Assembly: GCA_019429005.1 (NCBI GenBank)
Contig: JAHYJR010000003.1
Span: 32,001-96,000, forward strand
Source of the DNA: Nanobdellati archaeon
GTDB lineage: Archaea > EX4484-52 > GLR71
Direction of reading: 5' to 3'
Length of the DNA stretch: 64,000 nucleotides
Shown here: one piece after another, positions 15,001 through 21,241 of the stretch
Layout of the letters: every line of letters starts with the position of its first letter
Numbering within the stretch: position 1 is the stretch's first letter
The notes under the pieces: model-generated
Database searches by the model: none
The model's input: the letters and a program-made list of their open reading frames with translations, nothing else
What the model was told of the DNA's origin: nothing
Position numbers and translations under genes: made by a program

Positions 15001-18000
15001 ACAGACACATTAAAAGTCACATAATCTATAACTGATGAATCAATTGTGATACTCTGTGATAAATAATTTCTGATACTAAATGTCAAGTTTACATAATCAT
15101 TCTCATAATCAGTAATATTATAAGAAACACTAAAATTCATTACACTATCATTCCAATAAAATTCAGATGGACTGACCGTAGTTGCTGTAATAACAGGTGG
15201 ATAATTATATCGACCGCCAATAGCATAAGTTACATTTTGATTTAATAAAATATCACCTGTAGCATTCCCGGTTCTAGGTTGTACAACCTTAACAAAATCA
15301 ATTACACCATTTCCATTCGTATCTTCTGAACAGATAAACCATGTGTTCAAATAATCAATATCCGACCAAGTACCACATGTTCTTATAGATGATTTAGCAC
15401 CACAACAAGAACCAGTAGGATTTTCCCAATAATCAATAAGATACACACAATTTGATTTGATATTACCTTTTTCAGGACCTTCAAGGCAAAGATAATCATT
15501 TACATCATGATCTACAACACCATACCTAGGCCCACTACTCCAACAATCAGTATAAACACTATCTGTACAACCCCATATACACGCACCCTCACCAATTGAA
15601 TACGCATTATCTGAACAAATATCACTCACAGTATTATAACGACCAACAGATTCATTTATTACTTGATAATTATAATATGTAGTAGTACTACTAGGATTGC
15701 AAAATTTTTGTGTATAAAACGATTTCTGTGGTATAAATGATGGATTAGAACATCCTATCTGATTAAAAAGTGTGAGATCTAAACCTTTAACTCCTGAAGG
15801 TTGATCCGTATATAAACCAATATTAGTTGTATTTAAATAATAGGTCGCAGGATTCCCTACATTATCCCAATTAAGTAATTTTATATAAGGTTGATCAATA
15901 ATATTGATTGTATCGTTATCATCAATACTTGTCGTAAACATTAAATTATAAAATACTTGAGTTTCTGTACTTCCATTTGGATTTCTAAATATAGTCACAT
16001 TCTTTTCAGCAAATTCTCTATATTTAACATAATCTGTATCATTTGACCATGCAACAACCTCAACAGGCATAGAATTATCCCAGAAATAGAACTGTGAATA
16101 ATTCCATAAATCCGTAACATTCACACCAGAACTTTTTACAGTAAAGTCTTCAATATCACATTTTTCTTGAGAATTAAGATAAAAATCTTTATTAATACTA
16201 CAATTTACTGCACCAGATCCCATCTGAATATCATATACATTCACATCAAAAAGAACACGACTTAAATTTTCAAAAGTAATATTCAATGCTTTTGCAGGAT
16301 ATTTCTGATTGACTCTTATTAAATCAAGATATACAGGAACACCTTCAATAACAATAGTATTCTTTGCAATCGAATCATTCAAAGAAATATTTCTACTAAA
16401 ACTACCATTCCATAACCAATAAGCTTCCATATTCGACTGTGCGGCTTCTGATATGTTATAAGTATAATTAAAAGTAGTATCCTCAATAACAATACTTCCT
16501 TTCTTATCTCCCGAATAATTCGCAAACCAAGAATATATAATATTACAGGTTTCATTAATAGGACACTCTGATATTGATGCAGTTGATAAACGATTACTTA
16601 TTGAAGATGTTGTATTATATTCAAGTACATCATATCTAAGTCGACCATCATAAGACCATTCATCAACACCGTCGGCTTCAACATCCATTCTTGGTTGAAA
16701 AGGGAAATTATTAAAATTATATATATATATTTTTTTATTTGAATCAGATGACAAAATAATCTCATTACCTGATTCTATAAGATGATCTATTACAAGCATA
16801 TTATAAAAGATTTGACCATTAAGAGACTCCTCTCGAACATATAATAAATTCCCATCACTATCCAATTCATAAATTATATTTTCCACAAGATATATGATTT
16901 CTTCATCATCAGGTGTAAATGAATCCACTTCAGATATTGATACAGATATAACATTATCATTAGTATGCACATTATTAATATCTGAATAATTAGTCCATAT
17001 AAGATCACATGTTGAATTAAAAAGACTTAAATTTTCACTTGTACCTATTATTATTTCAAGTCCATCCAATGAATGTATCAAATCACCAATATCAAAAGAT
17101 AAAATCGAACTAGAAACAGTACAAGTTTCAATTTCAGAACCATCAGTATAATTTAAGATACGAAGAACAGAACCTGTTGAAAGTATAATATTTTCATAAG
17201 TATCATTATTAATATCATCAACTTTTATATCAGTCACTTTACTAGTAAATTGTTTCCCCCAAATTCTTTCAGCAGATGAATTAACCAATTGAAGTTCTTC
17301 GCCATCACCAGGTTCATGTCCAAAAATAATACTAGGGCCATAATCTGTAAAATTATAATAAAATACACTCGAACCTGCATCAGTACCAGGAGGATCATAA
17401 TAAAAATTCCTACAAGGTATTATAGGATCATAAGGACCTAGATTAACAATACAAGTCATATTATACCCATCAACACCCTTATTTGAATCTCCTGAATTAA
17501 TCACAATTAATTCCATATTATCATCAGTTAAATTAATATTACCTAATTTAAAATCAATAGGCTCTAAAGCACCGGGATCAATCTTAAATATTGGCACATT
17601 ACCAACTGTTGATTCCGAATTAAATGCCCTAATATCTACAAGTGTACTTACAAAAAAATCATAAAGTGTTGAAGATGCATTAACTTTACCACCAACCAAC
17701 ATCTTTGTCCAAAATAAACCATCACCACCATTACTAATTATCTTAGGTGCCATCTCTCCACTCAAAGAAACACTTGAATTGATAATAACAACATTTGTAG
17801 GTATTGTCACATTAACATCTTTATATATCGCTTCATTATCATAAGCAACAACATACGAATTCTTCACTTGCGTAAAATTAAACCCAAATGTATACGGATC
17901 CAGAGCATATGAAAACTGAGTAACCTCACTATCACCTAAAGCCCATGCAAGATTCTTTGCATAAGCAGTCATATTACCATAGGTAAACCCAACAAGATGC

Positions 18001-20075
18001 TTTCCAGACATGAGCTCATAATAAAGAACTTTACCGTGTTTATAATCCCATGAGATTGATAAATTTTCACCGTCAAAAGTGGGATTAAGAACAACCCATT
18101 CTTCAGAAGCATTATCATAATAATAAAGTCCAGCAAATTCAATCCCTTCAGGATTATAATTATCTATATAAAGTATGTCAGATCCCGTCGTATCAAAATA
18201 TATTGTCCAATTACTTCCAACAAGCGGATATGACTGAATATTTAAAACAGTTATTGTAGATTCAATAACAAAATCCTGTGATGATAACTGTGGCACATTC
18301 CAAAACATCTTATCAATAAGACCATTTTCATTTGTATCGACAAAAGTCACATTAAATATTGAATTTTCAGTAACATCAATTTTCTGACCATCCTTGAACC
18401 AATAAAGACTTATTTTGTTACCACGAACTTCAGATATATCCGAAAATGCTTGAACATCATGATAATGCATAGAAACACTACTTGCAATAGTCACATTTTT
18501 TGTCCATCCAGACTGATAAGATTCAACATCACTTTCAAGAGAATATGGTGCATCTGTTTTATATTCAATCTCAATAGCCTCAAATTCATCTGTAATAATT
18601 GATGCAACCATGCTCTGGATTTTTACAACCTTATCACGAGTCTCTGATGTAACTATAGCTTCACTAGGTACAAGATCATCAGATGAAATATTTTTTGATT
18701 TTCGCACCTTTCCTTTTAGTGTCCAACTAACAGGTTCACCAATAACAGCATTATTTTGAATAATATCAAGATCTTGAACATCAGGCGGAATTATTTGTAT
18801 TATTGTTGAAGAACCCAAACTTGATAAGGTATTCAAAGATTCGTTCCCAGCATAAAATGTTTTTATCGTATAAAGACCAGGACTTAAAGGTGATGTATTC
18901 CAAGATAATGTTGCAACACCAGACAAATTTGTATTGTTTATACCAAGAAGATGACTATCAACATAAAACTCTAATTTTTGGCTAGGTATTGGTGTTCCAT
19001 TCTCAAATGACAAGTTTGCCATTATTTTTGAAATTTCACCTTGAATTACTTTAACAGGATCAAGAATAACATCAGTTATCTGTGTAACAATAGGTGCAAT
19101 ATGTTCATTTGAAATTATAGTAACCATTATTTTTTCAAAATAAGCAGATAATGTATCAATTGCCTCATTACCATAATATGATAGATTAAAGAAATGTTCA
19201 CCTTCATCTAAAAGAGATGCATCAACCGAAATCAATATTGTACCATTATCATCTGTAGCATTCAGACCAATAAGAGTACCATTAGTATAAGCATACATTT
19301 CTTGATTAGGTATTGGTGTGTTGTTATCATACACTAATCTTGCTTTGATAAAAGCAAAACCATCTCTAAAAACAACTCCAGGTGTAATAATAACATCAAT
19401 AATACGAGATATAAATGATTTTATTTCAATCTCAACAACATCTGTAACATTTGTGCTATTATCCATCCCATCAATAGAAATAGACCCATTTGTAGTTTCA
19501 TTCAGATTATTTGTGATATTAACAAAAATTGTATCATTTACAATCAAAGTCCCATTAATAATCATTGTATCATTAATCTGAATAGTACCATTAATAAGAA
19601 TTGTATCATTGACTGAATCATCATCTGATGTCAAATTATCAGAAACATTAATAGATAAATCATCTGTACCATTAACAGTAACATTTAACTCAAAACTCTC
19701 ATTAAAAAGTATTGTATCGTTTAAAGTAGAATTTGAAAATGTCTCATTTTCAGAAATAGTTTCTAGAACAGTTGAATTCTCTTGACTCCCATTCAAAACA
19801 TCAGCAGTTGATGTATCATTTGAATCGGTTAAATTACTTGTAACATTGTCTAAATCAAAAGCCGTTTGATTATCGGACAAAATAGAAGACTCGTTAGAAA
19901 GTAAAACAGCATCTAAATCAGCAGTTTGATTAACGGACACAGATAAGTTCTCAGAATAAACAGTAGACATAGAAGAAATAAAAAACAAAAACATTATAGA
20001 TAACGCTAATAAAAACTTAAAATTTAAGTAAAAAGGCTCAAACCTAATACTATTTCTATTAACCTTATTATCCAT
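1..20075 (-). CDS. Giant secreted/surface protein, at least 6,691 aa, 3' end outside the window. Contains Ig-like repeats, an FG-GAP-like propeller and Cys/Asp-rich DNDxD repeats
   Basis: ATG at 20075-20073 gives MDNKVNRNSIRFEPFYLNFKFLLALSIMFLFFISSMSTVYS (signal-peptide-like). Spot translation in the same frame gives sensible repeat protein at 16.7 kb, at 9.7 kb (EDNDLDYLVDCADPDC) and at the left edge (NNTIEVRGKIKLNITYPTY). The track lists no closed ORF in this frame, implying no in-frame stop. Confidence 0.9.
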   Translation of the reverse strand, partial: MDNKVNRNSIRFEPFYLNFKFLLALSIMFLFFISSMSTVYSENLSVSVNQTADLDAVLLSNESSILSDNQTAFDLDNVTSNLTDSNDTSTADVLNGSQENSTVLETISENETFSNSTLNDTILFNESFELNVTVNGTDDLSINVSDNLTSDDDSVNDTILINGTIQINDTMIINGTLIVNDTIFVNITNNLNETTNGSISIDGMDNSTNVTDVVEIEIKSFISRIIDVIITPGVVFRDGFAFIKARLVYDNNTPIPNQEMYAYTNGTLIGLNATDDNGTILISVDASLLDEGEHFFNLSYYGNEAIDTLSAYFEKIMVTIISNEHIAPIVTQITDVILDPVKVIQGEISKIMANLSFENGTPIPSQKLEFYVDSHLLGINNTNLSGVATLSWNTSPLSPGLYTIKTFYAGNESLNTLSSLGSSTIIQIIPPDVQDLDIIQNNAVIGEPVSWTLKGKVRKSKNISSDDLVPSEAIVTSETRDKVVKIQSMVASIITDEFEAIEIEYKTDAPYSLESDVESYQSGWTKNVTIASSVSMHYHDVQAFSDISEVRGNKISLYWFKDGQKIDVTENSIFNVTFVDTNENGLIDKMFWNVPQLSSQDFVIESTITVLNIQSYPLVGSNWTIYFDTTGSDILYIDNYNPEGIEFAGLYYYDNASEEWVVLNPTFDGENLSISWDYKHGKVLYYELMSGKHLVGFTYGNMTAYAKNLAWALGDSEVTQFSYALDPYTFGFNFTQVKNSYVVAYDNEAIYKDVNVTIPTNVVIINSSVSLSGEMAPKIISNGGDGLFWTKMLVGGKVNASSTLYDFFVSTLVDIRAFNSESTVGNVPIFKIDPGALEPIDFKLGNINLTDDNMELIVINSGDSNKGVDGYNMTCIVNLGPYDPIIPCRNFYYDPPGTDAGSSVFYYNFTDYGPSIIFGHEPGDGEELQLVNSSAERIWGKQFTSKVTDIKVDDINNDTYENIILSTGSVLRILNYTDGSEIETCTVSSSILSFDIGDLIHSLDGLEIIIGTSENLSLFNSTCDLIWTNYSDINNVHTNDNVISVSISEVDSFTPDDEEIIYLVENIIYELDSDGNLLYVREESLNGQIFYNMLVIDHLIESGNEIILSSDSNKKIYIYNFNNFPFQPRMDVEADGVDEWSYDGRLRYDVLEYNTTSSISNRLSTASISECPINETCNIIYSWFANYSGDKKGSIVIEDTTFNYTYNISEAAQSNMEAYWLWNGSFSRNISLNDSIAKNTIVIEGVPVYLDLIRVNQKYPAKALNITFENLSRVLFDVNVYDIQMGSGAVNCSINKDFYLNSQEKCDIEDFTVKSSGVNVTDLWNYSQFYFWDNSMPVEVVAWSNDTDYVKYREFAEKNVTIFRNPNGSTETQVFYNLMFTTSIDDNDTINIIDQPYIKLLNWDNVGNPATYYLNTTNIGLYTDQPSGVKGLDLTLFNQIGCSNPSFIPQKSFYTQKFCNPSSTTTYYNYQVINESVGRYNTVSDICSDNAYSIGEGACIWGCTDSVYTDCWSSGPRYGVVDHDVNDYLCLEGPEKGNIKSNCVYLIDYWENPTGSCCGAKSSIRTCGTWSDIDYLNTWFICSEDTNGNGVIDFVKVVQPRTGNATGDILLNQNVTYAIGGRYNYPPVITATTVSPSEFYWNDSVMNFSVSYNITDYENDYVNLTFSIRNYLSQSITIDSSVIDYVTFNVSVNKSWIGTSCDSKHNYNLCEEKSISFNLTYIDYNVTGTNDSDGGNGFHDWFGSDGLHLTDDDLVLINDTITNPSNEWYPRILSHDSEITYLDAPSEIFRNDISSMLSVRIYDNYTETYPENATCRYRVLLTNMSSDNNLSIEGPAREVLSDSNGYCNYSMFSSDVKYRNTGCVGSYCSSYQTRGNVTWSVEAAGPLYNSSKTYYNITVWSWASVSATSLPQYVYEDVTYTLSCNVFDYINNEHISGYNVTFLNNGIVLGVSVTNSAGIATWLWSPVGGTENVIQCQIFDFPEVYLLVWGGAGNSTSGTGGGGGDGSGPGGVTPQCNDGIDNDNDGTMDWQDNNNNSGLPADPDCTDQYDNDEGGTFGSGTPQCNDTWDNDFDTFSDIDDPECHTDFNASNISSYDPFHESEAIAQCNDGIDNDGNGLIDWPEDFYGCSSADDIWEWSPECNNGFDDDGNGVADFINDTWGCDDANDTREWSPECNNGFDDDDDGYVDYPADFGCINETDDSEQGIIVTTIILINISMDNNLIYRDDAYAISKGYPYNVTFNVNATDNRSQILNETTVVFTNTADSEYLGNCTTDNTGTCSFLWNPSIYTSVGNISIQYDATKLFYILQIEYGSVEVKGILHLNLTSEDMGYYRDGDINVFAELYDEANLSVSAYGLSDYNCSWEISPFDSTGTTLTGTDSVCNYTWSDGCSIGVGSYLVNISYMNQTYYKYWDIFDDNVMGNITVIDNLTVFIDSPNQNSEIYYNYNYWLNSTIIESVCSFDVTNDYQVSWIYADNFSNNGVIVDFGSSYANYSWVADISGRGPINITANVNGTYYPGLFTNMTQLMLYRFSNVGGMLINPSEVTRNDVIGVYCEVTDLNQSVIVPSGYNVDFYVDNTYEYTNISNLTSFAIWSWDTTGYYGGWHNVSCLINNTRQAPYYYNVSSGSNSTIGVVATQLNISKLEIGSPWIYRTDIIPYQTYIDIYVNTTDEEGYSVFVEGAIVSIYGPTGSCGNGQYINETVDHCNCTTDSVGYCSIDFNANDTIFPKLYDFYVNASRPLWISSQTVTASLDIKGSIFANIINPVSDGDIRYKGLSHYLNSSVTTDAGVPLLDSEVNVTWKNSLNVTIGSIINSTWSIPVGTVPFNETISIYVNKTGFVPIVLERYVEIYGWVAVNVTEISPAPDVDDVLPRDIINITCMVYDDNTTTGISGYQVNISDNNGTVDTLIATLFTNSSGYVNYTWNSYFVNLGSHNITCTILENKTLNYNVSFSPSKRYINFTDNNPPIITIHSPINATYTTPLVLLNFSVNEYVDWCGYSLDGAANITIPDCNVTNMTAIYDVGQHTVTVYVNDSESNVGNSTVFFSIDVGVEKNRVFYEDGTTINLTLDAGVPGLDLFANFSLIDSDYGPSHNESYYDAGGGIYYLTYTISDDATNTRSDGGYTIFINSSDGRLRNATLHLNNDWSTWDEISNAFKCTGDIPYKYFMEESCLKNDYDFAFKKYSGTYTEFECNDASLLEKDYLNGLYYPTDGLDCDDADCAGIVYSCPPGSNGDRTKDGGQFVSFGFMDMVFGLLSLTPTCSGGVCQATIDGIQDTKVYYTENVALGGNLTVRFVGPVGNCGSSDNRTVQFMLGVGTQPLPSGLVLPGGSNVFINNLSESSSFTPYVIELGTSEVTFLVATDNVSYCGNLDMTMNIIIPNETGLIGIHTIAVSRDLQIDLTNQINLTIEIGTTATGMLYEHNITDGCRDRTALNQYQEDNDLDYLVDCADPDCWDPGCSGADCVDYRGFSDISLSNSSDYGQGLCQPAETTCYDLVDNDYFNVSGADCQDINCDMRQGNYTDTLHLCEYRQELNCTDGFNNDQYQLKDCDLVATADRFTDPVYGFLQGTGNAEYDCQVECRTLGIVPSQEIGENCTDNIDNDMDYFQMQPGSSYSSGVRNMSIGAGIDCRYNNYDADCNMTAINDSHSPIPFGDCQLLWEMNCTDGFDNDQDWGVANIHFAGYSNLNGSDCDDYNCRGLGSCPVTESCDFACASSGANTCYDFIDNDLDAYNTNGTIKNVTVGAGIDCNWIANDYDSDCHLSYVNVTGSVFRCEIGTELNCTDGYDNDFDLANLTRNKPNYTANYGGLDAADCDDYDCAGATYLNGSYICSNNPYTLFESVCNDTTDNDLDYYFDCADSDCIGSMGPQGVVCAFNEYPEYCRDGGDNDGNDPDADSIYEVGKNGTDCEDPNCHKQFGLCNVCPEFENVSVDACSDGIDNDFDRTFDVDLKDCKESECNGFAGPDGKVCEFNIELSCDDGVDNDDNGFIDCLDDACAGTPSCPSDEYGPNMCVDNVDNDDTPESPGTDADCSDATNDCDLTIHCQTNDVIFKWESTASKVYIDYDYVVRRGENWTIRFTNKTEMVSSVSFSVGIAASPLPADFNVNGANSVKSVLTGPSASEFTKGISTGIFFAESTSYPSTQALDLTYNIELPITDAIVDNSFYTFKIAGNIDGAEEMFISVYVLENNKPIINNISFVSRMAESGALYGPDVTVKVNTSDNVLYNSGIHHCEFKLNTTGWYTYSTVDVRDCEFTFTGLSVGSYNLSVRSVDGAYNINETSMVFDVLIPPILQGFYNITDLEYPGRVRYDDDENITINVNFTSSVSTFSASPTGCLVKFNNISTGVSQLTSTIALSVPVAGKAVCSGEINISSLPRNSGRYDITVEVNDTLLSTGITDAQEFWSCPIFFDSYVGRYRCMTACEDQEPPVIENVSVELDPIFRGSNQTIYATVYDDGIGLGGSIEAGWPKLFVKEADDLGNVYLHEYPYTTTDGAGNYTWNVSINVTELPGVWYYKIEAKDTIGVYTKTDPYNFTVIGRIYITIDSPVNPWDIYHRTETVSLNSTVTDENGVIFDDSDVTLNWFNITNAMINTSINASWALDNLFVLGANSVNATGNKTFYATNSSVKNIWIYGWSGINQTAPYNSTKTRSNIDVICHVSDLNSSENIQDYPVMFWETNSSGTTVYLGSTLTDSSGNSTFTWDTTSHNVGTYIITCNITDNATVYYNVSIPETSYNITLTGLLNVNVTSSESVVYRYNSGVPNETIFEANVTDVFSDNLVSGANVSFYYNSTENSTLYYLGNCMSVDGLCNISWNPADDIYPANYSIYFNATRQYFNDSSTDYIPLKIKGLLIINMTSEGNIYYRGLPSLIEGGLVDAGGVSVTGYPLSGFNCSWIINSTITSSLTDINGTCNMTWNSDCTHILGNYETNLSLTATGSEFWDIFDDNDVENISLIDNLTIIIDSPLNNSIYHKDDDINLFSTVKDSCGFPSNSHSIKWYISADIKTVEDTVYSVFWYDYQTLPVTIKVSDPVNAFYPNQVQNITYIDIYRYTEIKNISFNPASEFVPGSIVNVSCLIQFNDTAINSQVNIDPLYDVSFYLDDVLQSVEKANLSEYAMWQWDTTSVGGGEHEVKCNITDSVLLYYNASYLYEQNSTTMAVTGLNVTNIIFDQDPIVRNDSYSPHEVQISSKVVTSDSGVPVLNAVVHIYLPSGNCTDIDGNVNEINSTNKVCDCITDLSGDCYIKYNATEDILPNNYTVYINATKTSWSDSLTETYILGIWGNLETNITNVYETQIFHRGSNESLQSYTVNESDGNITDDVTLTWVWTPSVTSDQSGSGTLWEILNDYQLGPIMIEALAEKTYYVFDIEARNVFVYGWSNVTLVEPAYDVHNRNETLLIKCNVTDQNTTDVVSNLYPVQFTEDNGTVENVLGTNYTVNGIAMYSWNTTEINPGEYTLRCKILDNDTLYYHATDVWNVSSKSINMSGFLSVSAYPELLWIYRNDSFVNYNTTFVANVLDDNNNPVNLVTVTFLNYTGDVVGTCLTNTTGGCVMTPAWNPSDTYVPGLYNITYYAYKTFYENSIYHNLTVEVRGKYKVSLSSEDILYRGENYWFNGTITSENGDELTSGLYLNWTIINQTGSGVTLILNTSNITDTATIDNAQNIGSYWLNVSVIKSYYDDINTYDVPVTSINKSVDVYGRAVVEIISQSDTSILRTDNVTFIARVYNYYDASDNVSDYVCNWRNDEGDQFNSTTNNLGLCNYTWDSGCSYVVGMHDLNVTIYTNSTLYYSPKAGGYESDNTTVALNGTLNITMDKPEVSGVPKEIVYRYDYVTLNSTVRDECSQIILGTTVNWTSTNITSNVEIIDGAGTTLTYWDLSSPSYHKIGLFNVNATVNKTYYVSGNDTQNVLIYGWSKINLVLPLSDSYQRTELNISCNVKDNHSSENITNYPVYFWDSIDNGLTYAPIDTIYSNLTDAYGNAIYIWNTSMSIVGDHRLKCNITDNATLFYNETEMNESVVDITLIGDLYINITSLINSVFYRNDTFNPYFANITVRAFDENDANIMSANISFQYSDDNDSLSMIYFANCTTDATGKCNIIWNASDTMTPDDYYIFYNGSHPFFNNSLIENTTVQIRGMYHIDNIFYPLDDYSGTEKYNNRVYKDETHYFRSILSFENGTQFSASESPLYMNWWIFNNATSEYTNISVIVNDTSLKLFDVSNHSLGNHYIYVNTTKEYYDEMPTYLDTASKNKSVVIFGRSVVNITVAPTLVIRGTDALFTAFVYDYYNDTGIADYNCTWQTSEGDVFVNKTNATGYCHYTWSTDCADNATIQNVTVLIGEELSLFYNPLQDISLNTSNTSLEVRGDIDSYIISPNAMIDMPLQKDTIVPVSVQVFECGRQIDDVGVNVTLWDGSTYVEWWNYSSVGVSGEYNTTKYIDISHALGNFTIHVTSGRTYYTTNWTSVDVSIWGWSNITFISPLSEIYFRNDTINLICYVDDVSNSSGLENYFVTFIDNNGTDTSTIGTNFTNSSGYATFLWNASESSASPHNVTCNITDNSTQYYTAYQVESNKAMLDLRGYTFITLFKSESHIYRNDSFYPNFTELYVVVIDELGLFLNNSFVSFSYYNGTDNIFIDNCLSNETGNCAVIMDVPDDISPSDYIISYNATNLPQYQPVQKNNTIEVRGKIKLNITYPTY
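7950..9800 (-). repeat. About 12 Cys/Asp-rich protein repeats (C-x-D-x-x-DNDxD...DC-x-D-x-DC) within the giant ORF
   Basis: Recurring atcattatc on the + strand. Translations include DDGVDNDDNGFIDCLDDAC, NDTTDNDLDYYFDCADSDC and DNDLDYLVDCADPDC. Confidence 0.85.
13470..14040 (-). repeat. Five PQCNDGIDNDGxGxxD-type repeats within the giant ORF
   Basis: PQCNDGIDNDNDG, PQCNDTWDNDFD, AQCNDGIDNDGNG and two WSPECNNGFDDD copies. The last two are near-identical in DNA, 102 bp apart. Confidence 0.85.
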
Positions 20076-20160
20076 CAAATTAACCGGATTTTTTAGTGTA
20101 AATATCGTTAAAAATCGATATGTAATACATCAAACTGCTTAGATATAATTGTGTTTAAAT

Positions 20161-20180
20161 GGTATATATAGTTTTATAAA
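20161..20180 (-). promoter_or_regulatory. Putative TATA box/BRE of the giant ORF
   Basis: Minus strand reads TTTATAAAACTATATATACC, about 90 bp upstream of the ATG. Confidence 0.45.
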
Positions 20181-20254
20181 AACAGATGCATAAGAAACAA
20201 AAAGTATAACTTAACAGTACTCAAATAAACTTAAAAAAACAATAAAAAACAGAT

Positions 20255-21181
20255 TTATTTTATCTTTTCGCGCAAAATACAAACTTTACAAACCTCATTT
20301 GAAGCTGGTTCACCACACATTTTACAAGTCGCAATCTCTGAACCCGAAAAATCTTTTCTAAAAACAGGAAGCGTCCTATCAAAAGACTTAACAATAGAAT
20401 ATTTTGTACCAGGATATTTATCTTCAAGAGAATTAATAATATCACGCATATCCCATCTAAAACTTTCACTAGCATAAGGACACTCGCCAAAATCAACATC
20501 AAACCCTTTAAGAAGAACATAAAGACCCGTATCTTTTTCAAGAACATTGCGCAAAGGCTTGATACGTGGTATAAATCGTTTATCCTCAATAACAAACGCT
20601 TTCGCACCCAAACGCACCTGACGAAGCATATCGCCACGCACATAATTTGCCATTATAGATTGAGATTCATCATCAAGATTATGTCCTATTACAAGCTTTG
20701 TAGCACCATATTTTCTTGCAGTTTTATTTAAAATATCACGTCTAAACACACCACAAAAAGTGCATGCTTTAAGTTTTGTTGAATCTCGCATAGAGACAAT
20801 CTGATCAAGAGTCTTGCCATACTCTTTTTTAAATGATGCAACATGAAGTTTCACACCAATCTCTTTACAAAACTTTTTTGATGAAACTAAACTTTTATTA
20901 CGATAGCCCTTAATACCTTCATCAATTATAACTGCAAAAATCTCTAAATCATCCCTTTTTAAGAAAAGTTTATTTAAAAAATATAATGTCAAAATTGAAT
21001 CTTTACCACCAGAAAGTGCAATACAAAGCTTATCATGTCTTTCAATAAGACTATTTTGACGTATCGTTTTACGGATTGTAGACTCAACACTTTCAAAAAA
21101 ATGTTTTCGGCAAAGTGCACGACCTTCATATTTTCGATATATTACTGCATCTTTTCCACAATTGCATTTTAAAACTTGCAT
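20255..21181 (-). CDS. ncsA: tRNA 2-thiolation protein, TtuA/NcsA/Ncs6 (TIGR00269-type)
   Basis: N-terminal Zn finger, PP-loop SGGKDS, CTFCGVFRR, GHNLDD, CPYA and C-terminal CxxC...CxxC. Likely ATG at 21181. Confidence 0.9.
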   Translation of the reverse strand: MQVLKCNCGKDAVIYRKYEGRALCRKHFFESVESTIRKTIRQNSLIERHDKLCIALSGGKDSILTLYFLNKLFLKRDDLEIFAVIIDEGIKGYRNKSLVSSKKFCKEIGVKLHVASFKKEYGKTLDQIVSMRDSTKLKACTFCGVFRRDILNKTARKYGATKLVIGHNLDDESQSIMANYVRGDMLRQVRLGAKAFVIEDKRFIPRIKPLRNVLEKDTGLYVLLKGFDVDFGECPYASESFRWDMRDIINSLEDKYPGTKYSIVKSFDRTLPVFRKDFSGSEIATCKMCGEPASNEVCKVCILREKIK

Positions 21182-21241
21182 ACATCTATTAAAAGACAAA
21201 ACTTTAAAAAAAGAGAGATTTAGTACAGATATTTAAACTTT

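Noticed and set aside
847-19581. About 20 short track ORFs (60-124 aa), many M/I/L/V-rich
   Set aside because: They are shadow frames of the giant minus-strand gene, produced by its Asp/Asn repeats.
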